Under the pieces are notes generated by a model that searched no databases, was not told the origin of the DNA, and worked only from the letters and a program-made list of their open reading frames with translations. A stretch of 64,000 nucleotides of DNA from assembly GCF_048403405.1 (NCBI RefSeq), contig NZ_CP183129.1; one strand, given 5' to 3'. The translations under genes were made by a program, and so were the position numbers. This document shows, piece by piece, positions 61,758-64,000 of this stretch. The number at the start of each line of letters is the position of its first letter. The stretch's first letter is position 1. This DNA is from Escherichia coli. GTDB lineage: Bacteria > Pseudomonadota > Gammaproteobacteria > Enterobacterales > Enterobacteriaceae.

Positions 61758-61980
61758 TGAAGTCATAATCATTTCAGTAGAAAAACCAGGCCTCGATTTT
61801 AAATGCAAATAGCAATCATATTCAATAAGGCAAGACGATCAGGATCAGTGAAAATGTCATTTTTGGCGTAATTGACCTTACTTTATGCATGGTCTTAACA
61901 AAGACATCATCTTTCCGTTGCAGATCTTCGCCCTTTCAAATAACGTACTTTACAACTTTCCCGAACAAGGAGTTGTGCCC

Positions 61981-62277
61981 GTGTTGTATGTTATTTACGC
62001 TCAAGACAAAGCTGATAGCCTCGAAAAACGCCTTTCCGTTCGTCCGGCACATTTAGCACGTTTACAGTTACTGCATGATGAAGGTCGTTTGTTGACAGCT
62101 GGTCCAATGCCAGCGGTAGACAGTAACGATCCAGGGGCTGCGGGATTTACTGGCTCAACCGTTATTGCTGAATTTGAATCGCTGGAAGCAGCTCAGGCCT
62201 GGGCCGATGCTGACCCGTACGTAGCGGCAGGAGTCTATGAACACGTTTCAGTGAAACCATTTAAGAAAGTGTTCTGA
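61981..62277 (+). CDS. yciI: YciI-like protein (98 aa, likely GTG start)
   Basis: (V)[41 protein letters not shown]...; track ORF extends upstream to 61885. Confidence 0.7.
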
Positions 62278-62577
62278 ATAGAGATTCAATATTTAAGGGC
62301 ACGGTTTTTGCAACCGTGTTCTTGTTTGGCCTTTCCTTATAGGTCGGTCAGTGCATTCCCCCCCACAAGCAGATAATAACTTTATCTGTATTTCTTTATA
62401 TGATGTGAGCATATTCAGGAAAAATGCCCTTTCCTGACGCAGAGTTGCTCACTCAAAACCTTTGATTACTGCGGATAAAGTCATCTACTATTGTTTAACA
62501 CATTCACGCGCTGCATGTATGTTCAGAAAATGTGCACGCTAAGATAATTAAACAAAATTGTGGTTACAGAGGTATCA

Positions 62578-63831
62578 GTGAGTCACTGGGCTACATTCAA
62601 ACAAACAGCAACTAATTTATGGGTGACCCTACGGCACGACATTCTCGCGCTGGCCGTCTTTTTAAATGGATTGCTTATTTTTAAAACAATCTATGGTATG
62701 TCGGTCAATTTGCTAGATATTTTCCATATCAAAGCATTTTCAGAGTTGGATCTCTCATTGCTGGCAAACGCCCCACTCTTTATGCTCGGCGTCTTTCTTG
62801 TCCTGAACTCCATTGGCTTACTGTTCCGGGCAAAGCTCGCATGGGCAATCAGTATCATTTTGTTGTTGATAGCGCTAATTTACACCCTGCATTTTTATCC
62901 CTGGCTGAAATTTAGTATTGGATTTTGCATTTTTACGCTGGTGTTTTTGCTGATACTGCGCAAAGACTTCTCCCACAGTAGCGCCGCAGCCGGGACAATT
63001 TTCGCATTTATTAGTTTCACGACGTTACTGTTTTACTCCACCTACGGTGCGCTTTATTTAAGCGAAGGTTTTAATCCGCGAATAGAAAGTTTGATGACCG
63101 CGTTCTATTTTTCGATAGAAACCATGTCAACCGTCGGCTATGGCGATATTGTCCCTGTTTCTGAATCAGCACGATTGTTCACTATTTCGGTCATTATTTC
63201 CGGCATTACCGTTTTTGCCACCTCCATGACTTCAATTTTTGGTCCGCTTATCCGCGGGGGATTCAACAAACTTGTAAAAGGAAACAATCATACAATGCAT
63301 CGTAAAGATCATTTTATTGTTTGCGGACATTCGATTCTCGCCATCAATACGATTCTGCAACTGAATCAACGCGGACAAAACGTAACGGTTATCAGCAATT
63401 TGCCTGAAGATGATATCAAGCAACTTGAGCAACGCTTAGGTGATAACGCTGATGTTATCCCCGGTGACAGTAATGACAGTTCAGTATTAAAGAAAGCAGG
63501 AATCGATCGATGCCGGGCCATTCTGGCGCTGAGTGATAACGATGCAGATAACGCGTTTGTTGTACTCTCGGCAAAAGATATGAGCAGTGATGTCAAAACA
63601 GTTCTCGCCGTCAGTGATAGCAAAAACCTGAATAAGATTAAGATGGTACATCCGGATATCATTCTCTCACCGCAACTGTTTGGCAGCGAAATTCTGGCGC
63701 GAGTTTTAAATGGTGAAGAGATTAATAATGATATGCTCGTTTCAATGTTGTTGAACTCCGGTCATGGTATTTTCAGCGATAACGATGAACAAAAAACGAA
63801 AGCTGACAATAAAGAATTGGCGCAAAAATAG
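62578..63831 (+). CDS. kch: Voltage-gated potassium channel Kch (likely GTG start)
   Basis: Selectivity filter TVGYGD, six TM helices, C-terminal RCK/TrkA-like domain; track ORF starts at 62560. Confidence 0.85.
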   Translation: MSHWATFKQTATNLWVTLRHDILALAVFLNGLLIFKTIYGMSVNLLDIFHIKAFSELDLSLLANAPLFMLGVFLVLNSIGLLFRAKLAWAISIILLLIALIYTLHFYPWLKFSIGFCIFTLVFLLILRKDFSHSSAAAGTIFAFISFTTLLFYSTYGALYLSEGFNPRIESLMTAFYFSIETMSTVGYGDIVPVSESARLFTISVIISGITVFATSMTSIFGPLIRGGFNKLVKGNNHTMHRKDHFIVCGHSILAINTILQLNQRGQNVTVISNLPEDDIKQLEQRLGDNADVIPGDSNDSSVLKKAGIDRCRAILALSDNDADNAFVVLSAKDMSSDVKTVLAVSDSKNLNKIKMVHPDIILSPQLFGSEILARVLNGEEINNDMLVSMLLNSGHGIFSDNDEQKTKADNKELAQK

Positions 63832-64000
63832 ACTTTAAAGACGGAAGAGTAAACTTATTGGGCACCGCAATGGTGCCCAGTACATTTAGATATTGTAGAT
63901 CGCAAACAATAACGAGTTACGCTGTTTGTTTAGAATGCACTTCCTGATGCTGTGGATACGCATATTTCGGCGCGACTGCCCCTCAAGCCAACGCGATTTA

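Overview
The window is an Escherichia coli-type chromosomal segment (trpD'-trpC-trpB-trpA, yciG, yciF, yciE ... ompW, yciC, yciB, yciA, tonB, yciI, kch) interrupted by a ~52 kb lambdoid prophage (about 5979-58276) integrated into the 3' end of ompW. The prophage is mosaic: a lambda-like head, tail, packaging and cos module (Nu1/A/W/B/C/D/E/FI/FII/Z/U/V/G-T/H/M/L/K/I/J/lom/stf/tfa), a Stx-phage-like late region (Q-like, pR'/tR', three tRNAs, nanS-p, pinholin/SAR-endolysin/Rz-Rz1) with no stx genes, a nin-like region (rusA, DUF968, hok), and a Qin/dicBF-type early region (DicA-like repressor, ydfABC, dicF sRNA, dicB, ydfD, large exonuclease, xis, int). An IS150 copy sits inside the prophage. The most interesting cargo is AT-rich and carries its own signals: (1) a Hanks-type Ser/Thr kinase plus PP2C phosphatase pair just downstream of pR'/tR'; (2) a two-gene module (unknown 216 aa protein + XRE-HTH/ImmA-IrrE peptidase fusion) bracketed by identical terminator hairpins; (3) a SAM-methyltransferase moron between duplicated tfa 3' ends; (4) a promoter-terminator unit in an I-J intergenic insertion (candidate sRNA); (5) tandem structured repeats in the stx slot. 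Three genes (yciF, C, K) are frameshifted, which could be real decay or indel sequencing errors. All protein identities rest on reading the ORF translations and on remembered family motifs; no database search was run.
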